Positions 13,610 through 25,987 of a stretch of 64,000 nt of DNA are shown in pieces. This DNA comes from Octopus bimaculoides (lineage: Eukaryota): the NCBI RefSeq assembly GCF_001194135.2, contig NC_068990.1, forward strand, positions 75,908,159 to 75,972,158. Reading direction: 5' to 3'. The notes under the pieces were generated by a model. It had not been told where the DNA came from. It searched no databases and worked only from the letters and a program-made list of their open reading frames with translations. Position numbers and translations under genes: made by a program. The first letter of the stretch is position 1. Each line of letters opens with the position of its first letter.

Positions 13610-14589
13610 CAGTAAGACCACAACAAATTTTATCAAACTTACTCTTGAAGGACATTCTGTTATACATACACGATTTCTTTTTTTTTCCGTAGATATTGAA
13701 TATTTCTCACCGTTCTTTATTCGTCCATAATATTATGAATGCAATATATATAAATATATACTTGTATATATAAATATACCATACATGCATACATACATAC
13801 ATACATACATACATACATACATACATACATACGTACGTACATACTTGCATGTATGTATACATACATACATACATACATACATACATACATACATAAATAC
13901 ATATATACATAGAAACATGCACACATGTGTGTGTGTTATATAGTTTATACATAAAAAGCACGACTATGGTACATTTTATTTTTTATTATCAGGAATCTTG
14001 GATATTTCCCCATTAGTCTTTTATATGTAGTCTTGAACAACAGCGTTTCTAAATTATCTAATCTATTAATGTCTCACATTCTTATCAGCGTCATCATCAG
14101 GAGGAAATGGCAGTAAATGATGACGTGCTTTCATACGCCTTTTAGCAGGTCTCAATGGATGCACTTTATACACGTACATTATACCAAAAAATCCAAATTA
14201 ATCCCTGTGAAACCGTTGAACAGGATAATTTTTTCTCAAGAAAATGTGAGGTTTGTGTGGGTGGATTATGATACTTAACTATGCTTGTTAAGGTACTGAA
14301 GAGTGTTTTTTTTTCTGAGATCTGCTGTGGTGCTGCGGTTCCTAGTTTTGAGAATAAAAAAACCGTGTGTTAGTAAATGGCTCATTTGACATGGAAGAAT
14401 TTTGGATGCACTTGGTTAAATTGGAATAGACCGCTCTGCTCGCTTACTACATTTGAATGAAATTCTCCCATGCTGAGGGCGAAAGAAGGTGCGATTCTTT
14501 AAAGGGACTTCTGGAGTGCATACTGACGTTAGAGTCATCGATGGTGATTTCTGAGAGATAACTATTGAATAAATTGCCTCTGTTGTTTG

Positions 14590-14996
14590 AGATATAAAAG
14601 ATAAAGAGGGTAAAGACACCCTTCGGTTATGAATGACCATGGGATTGCACCAAGAAAGTTCCCTTTCGAGGCACAAGTCCGGGCAAGGTTGTTTATGGAA
14701 GACCAGAAGTCGCCCATACATACTAGCTTCCCTCTCCATGCCACCGGTGTTATTCAAAGGAAAGGTAAAGGACAATATGGCTTGGCACCAGTGAAGGGCA
14801 ACTTTGTTTATGGAAGACTAGCATTCGCCCATGCATACCAGCATCCCCTCTCCACGCCACCGTTGTTAATCAAAGGAAAGGCAAAGGCTGATACACCTTG
14901 GCACCAGTGAAGCCGCAATTCATTTCTATAGATGAGTGAACGGGAGCAGCGTGAAATAAAGTGTCTTTCTCAAGAACACGACACACAGCCCGGTTT
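14590..14996 (-). mobile_element. SINE family D with internal tandem duplication
   Basis: CORE-like GTGAAATAAAGTGTCTTTCTCAAGAACAC segment. An internal block of about 115 bp is repeated twice. Confidence 0.7.
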
Positions 14997-17323
14997 ATTG
15001 TGTAACATAATAGTTGTTCTTGACGTTACGAATGATTCTGTTCAGGATGTGTTGTACACACTGCACACGTACTCACGCGCACACACATACACATACACAC
15101 ACATGTATATACAAATATATCCTACTTAACGTGGATATACTTCAGAAAGCCACAAAATTGCAATATTCGTCTTGTGAAAGTATCACGTTTAGCCGTATAG
15201 TGCAAAAAGCACAGAAGTGCAACAGTTGCAGACGAATAACGTCTGACAGGGGTGGCAGAATTGCCAAAGCTGAATTTCTGTATCTTGCAGGTCATTAGTA
15301 GCAGGTATCTACTATTAAACGCATGGTTAGACACATTTCCCTTCCTCTGATAGAGAAAATGTTAATTAACAAGCTAGTGGTATCGCAAATAGGAGGAAGG
15401 TTAGATGAAAATTCGTATTCAACGAATGAAGAGTATAGTTTCAGAATAGCATCCTATATATCCTATTGACGTGAATATAGTGCAAAGGTGCCACATCACT
15501 ACGGTGTTCGCCCTGACAAAGTATCTTGTATAGATGTGCAGCTCTATACTGGAATATATCGGTTTCAGGTGAAAAGCGTGCAGCAGAAACAGTGAACTTA
15601 CTAAATCCGGATTTCTGCATCCTTGCGTGTCATCAGTAGCAAGTGTCTCTTATCAACCCTATGCTTAGACAAATTTAACTTACAACGCCAGTGATATGTT
15701 GATCACTTTTTTCTGTACCAGTAGAAGTAAAATTTATCCAAACATCCAGCTGATAGTGAATTCTTGCTGCCGATGATGCACAAAGATACAGAAATCCGGA
15801 TTTAGCAATTTATTGGACACTTTTCGTCTTTTACTAATACATTTCTGTGCACTTTAGCATTGCATGCAAATACCAGATGCTTTCGCAAGGCGAATACCGT
15901 ATATCCACCTTGCATAAGATATATAGAATGCTCTTCTCAGTAAATGCTACTTTTGTTGCTAATAACGTATGTGCTTGTTTTTGTGTGTGCGTGTGTGTGT
16001 GTGCGTGTGTGTGTGTGTACGTGTATGAGTGTGTGTGGGTGTGCATGCATGCATGTATGCATGTATGTATGCATGTATGTATGTACATGTATGTATACAG
16101 AGAGAGAGAGAGAGATATACAATGATACGGCAGACAATGTTATGAATAACTAAATGTAATTACATCATAATGACGTAATACACACATTCACGCACAAAAG
16201 CAACTTACGTCATTTGTTGAACAAAAATCGAAGTTATTGGTGCAATACATTCTTAATAAACTTTCTTTTCTAATAACTTCCGTTTCTTTTCAACGAGCGA
16301 TGCAGGGTTTTTTTATGTGCCTAAAGAAAGAAATTCCATTATTATGCCGTAATTACACTAAACGGTTCATAGCATTTCCTTATTATACTATATTAAACAC
16401 AGCCAAGCTACTTAAACACAGCCAAGCTAGTGTTGAGTTCTCTCGTCTTTCAAACACCCATAAACACATATAATTTAAAATATGTATATACTTTATTAAA
16501 GTTTGTTTTACGTCGAGTTATAACGAAAACAATTTGAAAACTGAAAGATGATTCAATACGTTTTGTAGACTACAAATTTAACGTTCTTTAAAAAACAATA
16601 ATAGGGTGCAAGTTTGCTCTGAATAGAGGCACTACCTTTTAGTGTCTGGCAGCTGCATCTTGCCAGGGAGTATCTGGTGGACTGGCATCACCGGTCATCA
16701 TTCATCTCCTAATCTCTCGCTTATGGCTCTCATTAGCAGATCCTGGAACCCGATTTCAGCTGGTGGGCCGAACCAAATGAGTGTGTGGTGCTAACACTGT
16801 ACCAGAAGTGGAAGGATTCGGGGAAACACTTCCTAAAGAGTCACTAGCTAGGATGAAGGAACCTGCTCAGGTCAACAGCCTAGTGTTCGGTGCAAAAGAA
16901 TGTCTCACGATTGTGAAGAAGACCTTGGAAAGGAATGAACACCGCCAAAATAACATGCTCATGATGCGCTCATAATGATGGCAACCAGATCAAAGCTCAT
17001 ACGGGGTCGGTTGTCATTCGGGTTAACATCAAAGTGGGAAGGACTTCAGTTTTGCCGACCCGCAATGGGCAGCAGAAGACCAAGAGAAGTGTCGAAATCT
17101 GGATGTAACATCGTCAACGTCTGTCTCAAACGACTACATAATCAAAGGATAGGAAGGAAATAACGAACGGACGAACGAAGGTACAAGAATAATGTTGATA
17201 TAGACTTCGATGTTTCGGTCTGCTTAGCTTATCAACACTATATCTTATAGATCCAGGTTCCCAAATTTGTAACCGTGTATTTGTGCTACACAGCAGTTTT
17301 GTCCGCAGTACAGATATAACTGA

Positions 17324-17618
17324 TACTCCGCCGGTTACGACGATGAGAGTTACAGTTCATCCGATGAACAGAACCGCCTGCTCGTGAAATTAACGTGTAC
17401 ATGTCTGAACACACCAGTCACACCTACCCTTAGCAAAGTTCTCAGGGAGATTCGGCGTGAAACAGTATGTGACAGCGCTCACCTTTTCAAATAAAGGTAC
17501 AAATTACTTTTGGAATGGAGCAAAGTAAAATAAAATGTCTTGCTCAAGGATACAACGCAGCGCCAGGAATCGAACCCACGATCGTGAGCCGATTACCCAA
17601 ACCACTAAGCCACGCACC
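17324..17618 (-). mobile_element. SINE family C (CORE-like head)
   Basis: Reverse complement of the 13255 body, plus a tRNA-like head (GGTGCGTGGCTTAGTGG...GGTTCGATTCC). Confidence 0.75.
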
Positions 17619-17827
17619 GTTACTATTGATAGATATGTCTAAGATTATGTATAGCAACATGTTTGGTTCTGTACTTCAACAGAGTTGAACACAAACCAAA
17701 TACGTTATGGACTCAAATGCCATGAGAATCAACTTTGTCCTCCGTGACGGATGAAGTGATTAATAATCAAATACTTTCGTTGTTTTGATAATCTATTATT
17801 ATGCCACCACGACCACCCCAGAAAACA

Positions 17828-18047
17828 AAGCGGTGAACTGGTATACTGTTAGCACGCCGGGCGGAATGCTTAGCAGTATTTCGTCTGCCGCTTCGTTCTG
17901 AATTCAAATTCCTTCGAGGTTGACTTTACCGTTCACCCTTTCGGGGTCGATAAAATAAATACAAGTTCAACACTGGCAGCGATGTAATCGTCTAGTCTCC
18001 TCCCCCAAAATTTCAGACCTTGCACCTTTACTAGAAAGGATTATTAT
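17828..18047 (+). mobile_element. tRNA-derived SINE family B
   Basis: GTTAGCACGCCGGGCGGAATGCTTAGC...TTCAAATTCC...CCCTTTCGGGGTCGATAAAATAA is shared with the 31857 copy. Confidence 0.8.
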
Positions 18048-18683
18048 GTCGAAAAATAGCTAAACTTGTATCTGTTTTGAAAATTAATAATGGCATGGCA
18101 TTAAATGGAGATGCACTGCCATATGAGTATTTAGTAAGAAATGCATCGTTTTTTTTTTTGTTTTTGTTTTTGTTTTCTTTTCTTTTTTGTACCGGACTTT
18201 ATTTTCATTCGTAAAATATGGATTATCACTTCCAAAAATATAATCCTATGATTTCTTAATTTTCAAAATGTGTTCTTATATTTATTGATTTATATTTCGC
18301 CATTGGGTACTTATACAGATATAAGCATGTGTGTATGTATGTATGTATGTATTTAGGAAGGTCAGTTTCTAGGTAAGTAGGTAGGTAGGTAGGTAAGTAA
18401 GTATGAACGTATCTATCTATTTATCTACCTATACACACACATATATGCTTATATACATACATATACTTGTACACATACGCACGCACATTCATATGAGTGT
18501 GATTGTGTGTTTGTTTGTAGATAGGTATGTGTTTATATGCATTTATACATGTATATACTATGCATGTGTACCTAGATATATTGATGGAGAGAGATTCTTC
18601 CAATATAAAATTATTTTATCACAAAAATTCAGTTTACATATGTGGAGATTTATAGGTGTATACGTATATATTATGTATGGGGT

Positions 18684-18759
<76 letters not shown>

Positions 18760-19504
18760 GTGTCTGTGCATTTATACGTATATACATGTGTTTGTGTATA
18801 TATTTGCACACATACATACATACATACATACATACATACATACATCTATATAAGCATATGTACTTATAACGAAGTAGACTAAAATCTATCAAGTACTGCC
18901 CCTGTGGACGTTTTGTTTCTTTTATGATAAAATTTAATCAAATAGTCCAGTATTATTTAGAAACCAATATCGTTTAATGATCGTAGAGATATAAAATTGT
19001 TTCTTAATATATATTTTTCGCTGCCAATCTAGCTATTGGAAGGTGTGACAGGATTATATTTCGCTCCTTGAGACGTGCATAATTTAAAATACACGCCTGC
19101 GGCGCAATAATTTGCGAAGTCACAATGCAGTGTTCAGACTGAATCTACAGTGATGGGATAAATGAGGTCACTGTTGTATGGGACGTTGATGAAGCGATAT
19201 TGGCAGGGTTTTTTTTTTTTTTAATCAATTAACTTCATCTACTATTTCCTCTATTTCGTTCACAGGGATATATATGTTACCAAATCCATGTGTGTTGATG
19301 TGTACTGTAATTGAAAACCAACAACGATTTGTAGCTGAGATATATAAGACGAAATGACAGTTATAAATGTCTCTAGCAGATTTATCAGAGTAATTGTGCC
19401 GCGTGTTCGGACTAAATTTGACAGTTTGCATAAAAGGAAAATAAACACAATATCCCACCCAAAAATAAAAGTATTAAAAAAAAATCATTAAACACTATCT
19501 CGAT

Positions 19505-19842
19505 CAGGGGTTCTCAGCCATTTTCATCTATGAACCCCTTTGATTCCAATTTTATTCTGGTGGACGCCCCATAGCCATTTATTGTTTAAAAACTAGTTTT
19601 ATAGAAACTTCTTTCAAAATTTGTATTTTGTTTCACACACATTAGCTTATGTAGGTAGAACCATGTGAAACATCACAGAAAGAAAACAAGATGTTTCTTG
19701 CAATAAACACATCTCAAGCAAACTCTTTTCGGGGACCCTTGAAATACTATTGTGAGTCCCCAATTTACTATATTGTTGCGTGTACCCCAAAAATCTTATA
19801 TGGACCCTGATGGGTCATATGGATCGCGGTTGAGAACCACAG
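19505..19842. mobile_element. hAT-Charlie-type MITE
   Basis: TIRs CAGGGGTTCTCAGCC and GGTTGAGAACCACAG. The 8-bp TSD ATCTCGAT (19497-19504) / ATCTAGAT (19843-19850) matches the Charlie NTCTAGAN target preference. Confidence 0.88.
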
Positions 19843-19869
19843 ATCTAGATTATAGTTGGGAGATAACAG

Positions 19870-20235
19870 TTTACTCATGATAACCACCCTCAGCTTCCAC
19901 TACGGCCTCGAGACGGCTCTGGAACATGATACAAGCGTTGCTTCGAACACACCTTGGATCTTGGCCATCAGCTCGGCCTTGGTGTTTCATACAGAGCACT
20001 TGATATCGCTCTCACCCGCGCCCCACGCATAGTAATCGCTGGGATTACAACTGGGAGAATTAGAAGGCCACACGGATCAATGTGGTCGTAGAATTTCTCC
20101 GACAATCAGTTGAGGTGTTTTCTGGAGGTATGGCAAGGAGCCAAATTCTCCTGCAACACGTGGTCTTTCAGTAGCAAACCTCTCCAACCAGCATTTCAGC
20201 ACAAACCCAGCAGCTTCATGTAGCTAAGCCTAAAT
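19870..20235 (-). mobile_element. Tc1/mariner superfamily (maT/DD37D-like) transposase C-terminal remnant
   Basis: Minus-strand pieces are APCHTSRK, WPSNSPSCNPSDYYAWGA, NTKAELMAKI and FQSRLEAVVEAEGG, similar to the WPPNSPD.NP.DY motif. Confidence 0.75.
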
Positions 20236-20289
20236 CCCTGTTCAAAGACGTGGCTGGTATGGTGTCACTCCCACTGAAGACACACCCAA

Positions 20290-20520
20290 AAACCAGTTTG
20301 GTGGAACTTGGTTGCATGATATCTATGCCATGTGGTACGGCCTTTACAGCATTCACAGAACATCAAGAGGAATAAAAGGTGAATCGGAATAGAGTGCTGA
20401 GTCGGATTGCTTCCTTGGCACGGCCAGAATGATAAGAAAAGTATCAAAGAGTTGAAAAGAACAGATGCAAGACACCAGAAGTTCCAGTAAAACCTGAGTT
20501 AAAAATAAAGCAATAATACA
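20290..20520 (+). mobile_element. possible R4/Dong 3' end remnant
   Basis: FLGTARMIRKV resembles the R4/Dong C-terminal LLGTA.I.RKV. It is followed by a short AATAAT tail. Confidence 0.4.
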
Positions 20521-21259
20521 TAAGCTCTACACTTCACCATGTGTCAACTACTCAATGGAATGTAGTCTCTTCCATTTTTATCTGAGAGTACCCTGAAAAT
20601 GTTCCCGATGTTTGGGTAATTCAAAGGGAGAAAGTCTGGATTTGATTGTAATATCTTGACAAAAAAGATAATGGTAAAGTTTAATGTATAATATTCTACC
20701 ACCGAGTGTATTTTAAAATCTTAGTGACCTTCTCCGCCAAGGCAGCTGGGGTTGCAAAAAGCCACCTATAAGATCCATCTTGTATCCGCTGGGCTTTAGT
20801 CTTCTTTCTTGTTTTATCTGTATGTCTTCATATGTGCTTTTCCTTCAATTATACGATACATAATATCTTATTTTCATCATAACCAAAGCATAGCTGGCCT
20901 TTTTTTATCAAGTTGTTTCCCTTGGATGCTCATAAACTGGATAAAAGATTTTTGTGTTAGAGTCACCTCGTGTTAAGCAAACTATGAGTAAGAACACTGA
21001 AATTCCATAGATTACAATTGACAAATTATATAGTATATGTTTTTCTTGATAAGATATGAATGCTAGCGCAGGTATAACGAACTTATTATCTTGTTTTAAA
21101 ACATACATTCATAATCAAATGCATGAATAGGTCCAGGATACATAAAAGTTAGAGGTTCCAAAAATAAAAGTATTTAAAACAAAATGTTGGAAGGGAAGAA
21201 AATTTAAAGTGTGAAATTTAGGAATTTTCTTAGCTTAACTCCAGAGAGATCGAAGATGA

Positions 21260-21895
21260 TTAGTGTTTTGCAGTCGTACCTCTTCCATTTAAGTACTTTC
21301 GGCAAACTGGACAATTTCCATGCCTTAATAACCACTGATCTATACAATTTATGTGGTATTGATGATTGCATCCCAATTCTTTCACTTGTTCACTTAACTC
21401 AAATTCATTTAGACATGGTGGGCATTGGAGGTTTTTGTCAACTTGTTCTTTTTTTATCTCAGTCAGAGCAAGAGCATGTATTTTGTCTTTTTCAGCTGGA
21501 GGGATACCTGTTCCATCAATTTGATTCATCAACTTGCTTATAACAGAATCTAATCCACCGGTACCCCATGCATAGTCCCTAGGGTTAGTATGAAGAGGAA
21601 ACACGTTTAACATTCCAGCATTTGGCATTTCTGTTTGCAGAGGACTAATAAATTGCAATAATAGCCTTTCTATATCATAAAACTGAAGTCTGTCTCCTTG
21701 ATTATGCCGACGCCTACCATTACTTCGTCGTTCACTACCATCATCATCTCTGTCTTGCTGTTGAATTTCTCTTGGACGAAGAGCATGATTTCTAACATTT
21801 TCCCAAAAATCTAAAACACAGCTTACAGAATCTTGATCTTGTTGTGAAGGCGTAGTTCTTGGTGTGTTGGAAAAATCTGCTGCTAGAAGAAGACG
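21260..21895 (-). CDS. RNF126: RNF126/RNF115-like RING-H2 E3 ubiquitin ligase, intronless and lacking the N-terminal zinc ribbon; probable retrocopy (functional or pseudogene unresolved)
   Basis: The ORF track protein has LHTNPRDYAWGTGGLDSVISKLMNQ..GIPPAEKDKI and a complete RING-H2 (CPPC..C.H..H..C..W....CPVC), matching RNF126/RNF115 family motifs (LHSNPxDYAWG, PPA, RING). By hand translation the frame stays open 79 codons upstream of the track start, to a TAG at 21896-21898. Confidence 0.88.
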   Translation of the reverse strand, partial: RLLLAADFSNTPRTTPSQQDQDSVSCVLDFWENVRNHALRPREIQQQDRDDDGSERRSNGRRRHNQGDRLQFYDIERLLLQFISPLQTEMPNAGMLNVFPLHTNPRDYAWGTGGLDSVISKLMNQIDGTGIPPAEKDKIHALALTEIKKEQVDKNLQCPPCLNEFELSEQVKELGCNHQYHINCIDQWLLRHGNCPVCRKYLNGRGTTAKH

Positions 21896-22120
21896 CTAAT
21901 GTCTAAAAACTACCTAACATATCACCATAAAAATACTATATATATATATATACATTCAATTTATGCCGTATAAGGATACAAGCTAATCGAGATGCGGGCT
22001 TCTGCAGGTTTTTTATAATACACCTTGTGTCTCCAAACAATCTTCAAGATGAAAAAGTCTTTGGAGACACAAGTTATGTTAAAAAACACCTACCTAGACC
22101 CGAGTTTCCCGAGCAAGAAA

Positions 22121-22167
<47 letters not shown>

Positions 22168-22869
22168 TGTGTGTGCATGTGTGTTTGTGTTTGTGCGTGT
22201 GCATGGTGTATATATATTATGAACATGACAGGTGTTCTTCCATTGGACCAAAGCAAACCTTTTTTAATCTTTCCAACGAGATTGTGCACGTTGCTTACGC
22301 TGTAGGTATTGAATAACTTCAGAACGTGAACTGATTCTTTGTTTGGGACGCTGAATCTCGAAGTAGACAAAGCTATGGATAAGAGCGTGTGAATACTGAG
22401 TTGAAAAATCGTTTGGATAGAAAAAGTGAAAGACTACTTATGGAGTTCGAAACTCCCGTCTAGCGCAAGCATGCCAGATGTTCTAACACTGGACCAAAGC
22501 AGAAGTTGTGGGTTCAATTCCCGTGAGAAACCATCGATTTTCCCGTCTAACGGGGATTTTCACACAATATTTATGTCTCATCATTTATAATTTTATCTGC
22601 TTCAATATTCACCGTTCTAAAATAGATTTCTTTCAAATTCTTGAATTTTCTAATTTCTTATGACGTCAACAATATATATATATATATATCTAAGTAATGT
22701 ATGTGTGCGTGCGTGCGTGTGCGCTCGTGTGTGTATGCATGTATGTATATTCGTGTGGCATACTTGTATGTCTCCCTTCATGAACATTTTGCTTTTATCC
22801 AATTTCACTCTGATTTACTTTTATGAATCTTCATTTTACACCGACATTTCCTCATCGTTATTTTGTTTT

Positions 22870-22901
22870 CATTCTCCATTTATTATTATTATTATTATTA
22901 T

Positions 22902-22974
<73 letters not shown>

Positions 22975-22975
22975 T
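22870..22975. repeat. (ATT)n(AGT)n trinucleotide microsatellite
   Basis: Direct reading. Confidence 0.95.
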
Positions 22976-23924
22976 TCGTTGTTGGTGGTGTTTTTTTTAT
23001 TTCTTTTTTATTCATATCGTAATTATTATTATTACTGATTTTTACCATACTTCCTATTAAATATATATTGGTTTCTTCGCGAAACTGTAAATAGTGAGTT
23101 TCCATCATAAACTAGACATTCTACATTAAGATTGTTTAGCAAGTACATCTTCCTGCTTTTTATATTCCAATCTGAATTGTCAATGGATTCTAAATTATGG
23201 GTTTGCGACAGTTTCCCTGACATATAGACATTTCTTGAGCAGATGGGAAATATATACATACATGCTTACAATCATATATACACATATATACATAAAAGAA
23301 CATACATAGACACATATATATATTTATAATAAAAACATATATAGGCACGCATATATACATATATACATATACACATATATACATATCAACATACATATAT
23401 ACATACATAAGTACATGTATGCATTCACACATTCATATATGCGTACATTAATCGACGTGTGAGGGGATTATTCACTGCATTTTTATGACTACCATTTTCA
23501 ATATTAACTTTTCAACCCTGTTAAATAACTGGTTGTACTTTTGATCGCATTCGTTGAGGAAAACATTTCATTTAAAATTGTTTTGATATTTTACCGTCAA
23601 AGTAGAATTCACTGAGCCCAATATCTCAATCACAAACATCGATAACATTGCCGAAGAACCAATAAAAAGAACAACATCGAAAAGGGTTACGTTGGCGTTA
23701 CGGGTACCTTGTTTAATTAATTAAACCAATGAACCGGGCCTTTTCAATATCTCAAGCATTATCATTTATCTCTGGTCTTTTATCACTTATCTTTCACTTG
23801 TTTCAATCATCAGACTGCAATAATAAGATTTGAATTGCTTAGCCAATGAAATCGCCCCCCACCCATCTCCAGTACTTAATTGGTTTCAAATTTTAGCACA
23901 AGGCCAGCAATTTTAGGGAGGGAT

Positions 23925-24023
23925 AAATCGCCTTCATTGACTCCAGTGTTCAACCGCTCCCTATTTAATCGACCTCGGAAAAGATGGAAGGTAAAGTCGA
24001 CCTCGGCGGAATTTGAACTCAGA
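23925..24023 (-). mobile_element. SINE family B fragment
   Basis: AAAGTCGACCTCGGCGGAATTTGAACTCAGAA is the reverse complement of the family B head. Confidence 0.75.
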
Positions 24024-24365
24024 AGGAGGAGGAGGAGGAGGAGGAGGAGGAGAAAAAGAAGAAGAAGAAGAAGCAGAAGAAGAAGAAGAAGAAGAAGAAG
24101 AAGAAGAAGAAGAAGAAGAAGAAGAAGAAGAAGAAGAAGAAGGAGGAGGAGGAGGAGGAGGAGAAGGAGAAGAGGAAGAAGAAGAAGAAGGAGAAGGAGG
24201 AGAAGAAGAAGAAGGAGAAGAAGAAGAAGAAGAAGAAGGAGGAGGAGGAGGAGGAGGAGAAGGAGAAGAGGAAGAAGGAGAAGGAGAAGAAGAAGAAGAA
24301 GAAGAAGAAGAAGAAGAAGAAGAAGAAAAAGAAGAAGAAGAAAAAGAAGAAGAAAAGGAAGAAGA
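24024..24365. repeat. (GAA)n/(GGA)n pure polypurine tract
   Basis: About 340 nt, essentially all A/G on the plus strand, ending at a gap. Confidence 0.95.
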
Positions 24366-25265
24366 ATATGATNNNNNNNNNNNNNNNNNNNNNNNNNNNN
24401 NNNNNNNNNNNNNNNNNNNNNNNNNNNNNNNNNNNNNNNNNNNNNNNNNNNNNNNNNNNNNNNNNNNNNNNNNNNNNNNNNNNNNNNNNNNNNNNNNNNN
24501 NNNNNNNNNNNNNNNNNNNNNNNNNNNNNNNNNNNNNNNNNNNNNNNNNNNNNNNNNNNNNNNNNNNNNNNNNNNNNNNNNNNNNNNNNNNNNNNNNNNN
24601 NNNNNNNNNNNNNNNNNNNNNNNNNNNNNNNNNNNNNNNNNNNNNNNNNNNNNNNNNNNNNNNNNNNNNNNNNNNNNNNNNNNNNNNNNNNNNNNNNNNN
24701 NNNNNNNNNNNNNNNNNNNNNNNNNNNNNNNNNNNNNNNNNNNNNNNNNNNNNNNNNNNNNNNNNNNNNNNNNNNNNNNNNNNNNNNNNNNNNNNNNNNN
24801 NNNNNNNNNNNNNNNNNNNNNNNNNNNNNNNNNNNNNNNNNNNNNNNNNNNNNNNNNNNNNNNNNNNNNNNNNNNNNNNNNNNNNNNNNNNNNNNNNNNN
24901 NNNNNNNNNNNNNNNNNNNNNNNNNNNNNNNNNNNNNNNNNNNNNNNNNNNNNNNNNNNNNNNNNNNNNNNNNNNNNNATATATATATATATAAACAAAT
25001 AGTAAATGAGTATATGCATATATACGTACAGGTATGTGCATACCGACATCCACCTGTATGTATAGGTGCATACACACAGACAGGGGGTAAAAATTAATAA
25101 TTAATTGATACTTAGTAATTTTACCAAGTAGTTCGGTGTGTTAAAAAGCATTATCGGTAAATATATAAACACAATTTAAAATTTAGGGTTCAGCAAGTAT
25201 TGCTTCACCACACACCGAAAATTAGAAATAGCATCCAAACCTACTATCTCTCTACTAAAATAACG

Positions 25266-25353
<88 letters not shown>

Positions 25354-25877
25354 ATGTATATGCATATATATATATATGTATATATGTATGTATATACTTT
25401 AAGTGTAATATGCAAATGGCTATTTTAATCTAGTACTGCTTCTATTGCATACGGCATGAATAAACACGCGCGTGCGCGCGGGATTTATATTGCCATAAGA
25501 CGTAAACAACGATGTGAAAGCCGAACAACTAGTGCTTTCACATAAAAATATTTTGACTTTCACTTGTTCCACCATGTTGGCTAGGCAATCGCTTGTCACT
25601 CTGATCGTCAGAAATGCAATGAACCGGTGATAGATTCGTTGTAAACTTGTAGCCCCGTCAACGCTATTGTTTACCAAATGCTCTATAAAATTAATAAGTC
25701 GATGTAAAGCAGAAACGGGGAAAAAATCCAAGAAGACTCATCAGGTAACGAACGTATTCGTACTTGATTAACTCTTCTACACTTGATAGTTCATGCTTAG
25801 ACTGATAAAATATTAATTCCACTGAGAAGCTGTAGATCTCAATATACATTTACTCTGATACTTTTATAGATTTTTCT

Positions 25878-25891
25878 TAGTATTATTATCA

Positions 25892-25973
<82 letters not shown>

Positions 25974-25987
25974 CATTATTGTTATTG
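25878..25987. repeat. (ATT)n microsatellite
   Basis: Direct reading. Confidence 0.95.

Noticed and set aside
16393-16429. Tandem duplication of TTAAACACAGCCAAGCTA (19-bp period)
   Set aside because: It is too short to distinguish an excision footprint from simple slippage.
16600-17165. GC-richer island with 62-64 aa ORFs; similar islands at 57330-57500 and 63400-63660
   Set aside because: These are possibly very old Tx1/L1-type remnants, but I could not anchor any motif.
23876-25077. Poly-Arg, poly-Glu/Gly and poly-Leu ORFs
   Set aside because: They arise from the GAA/GGA microsatellite plus a gap.
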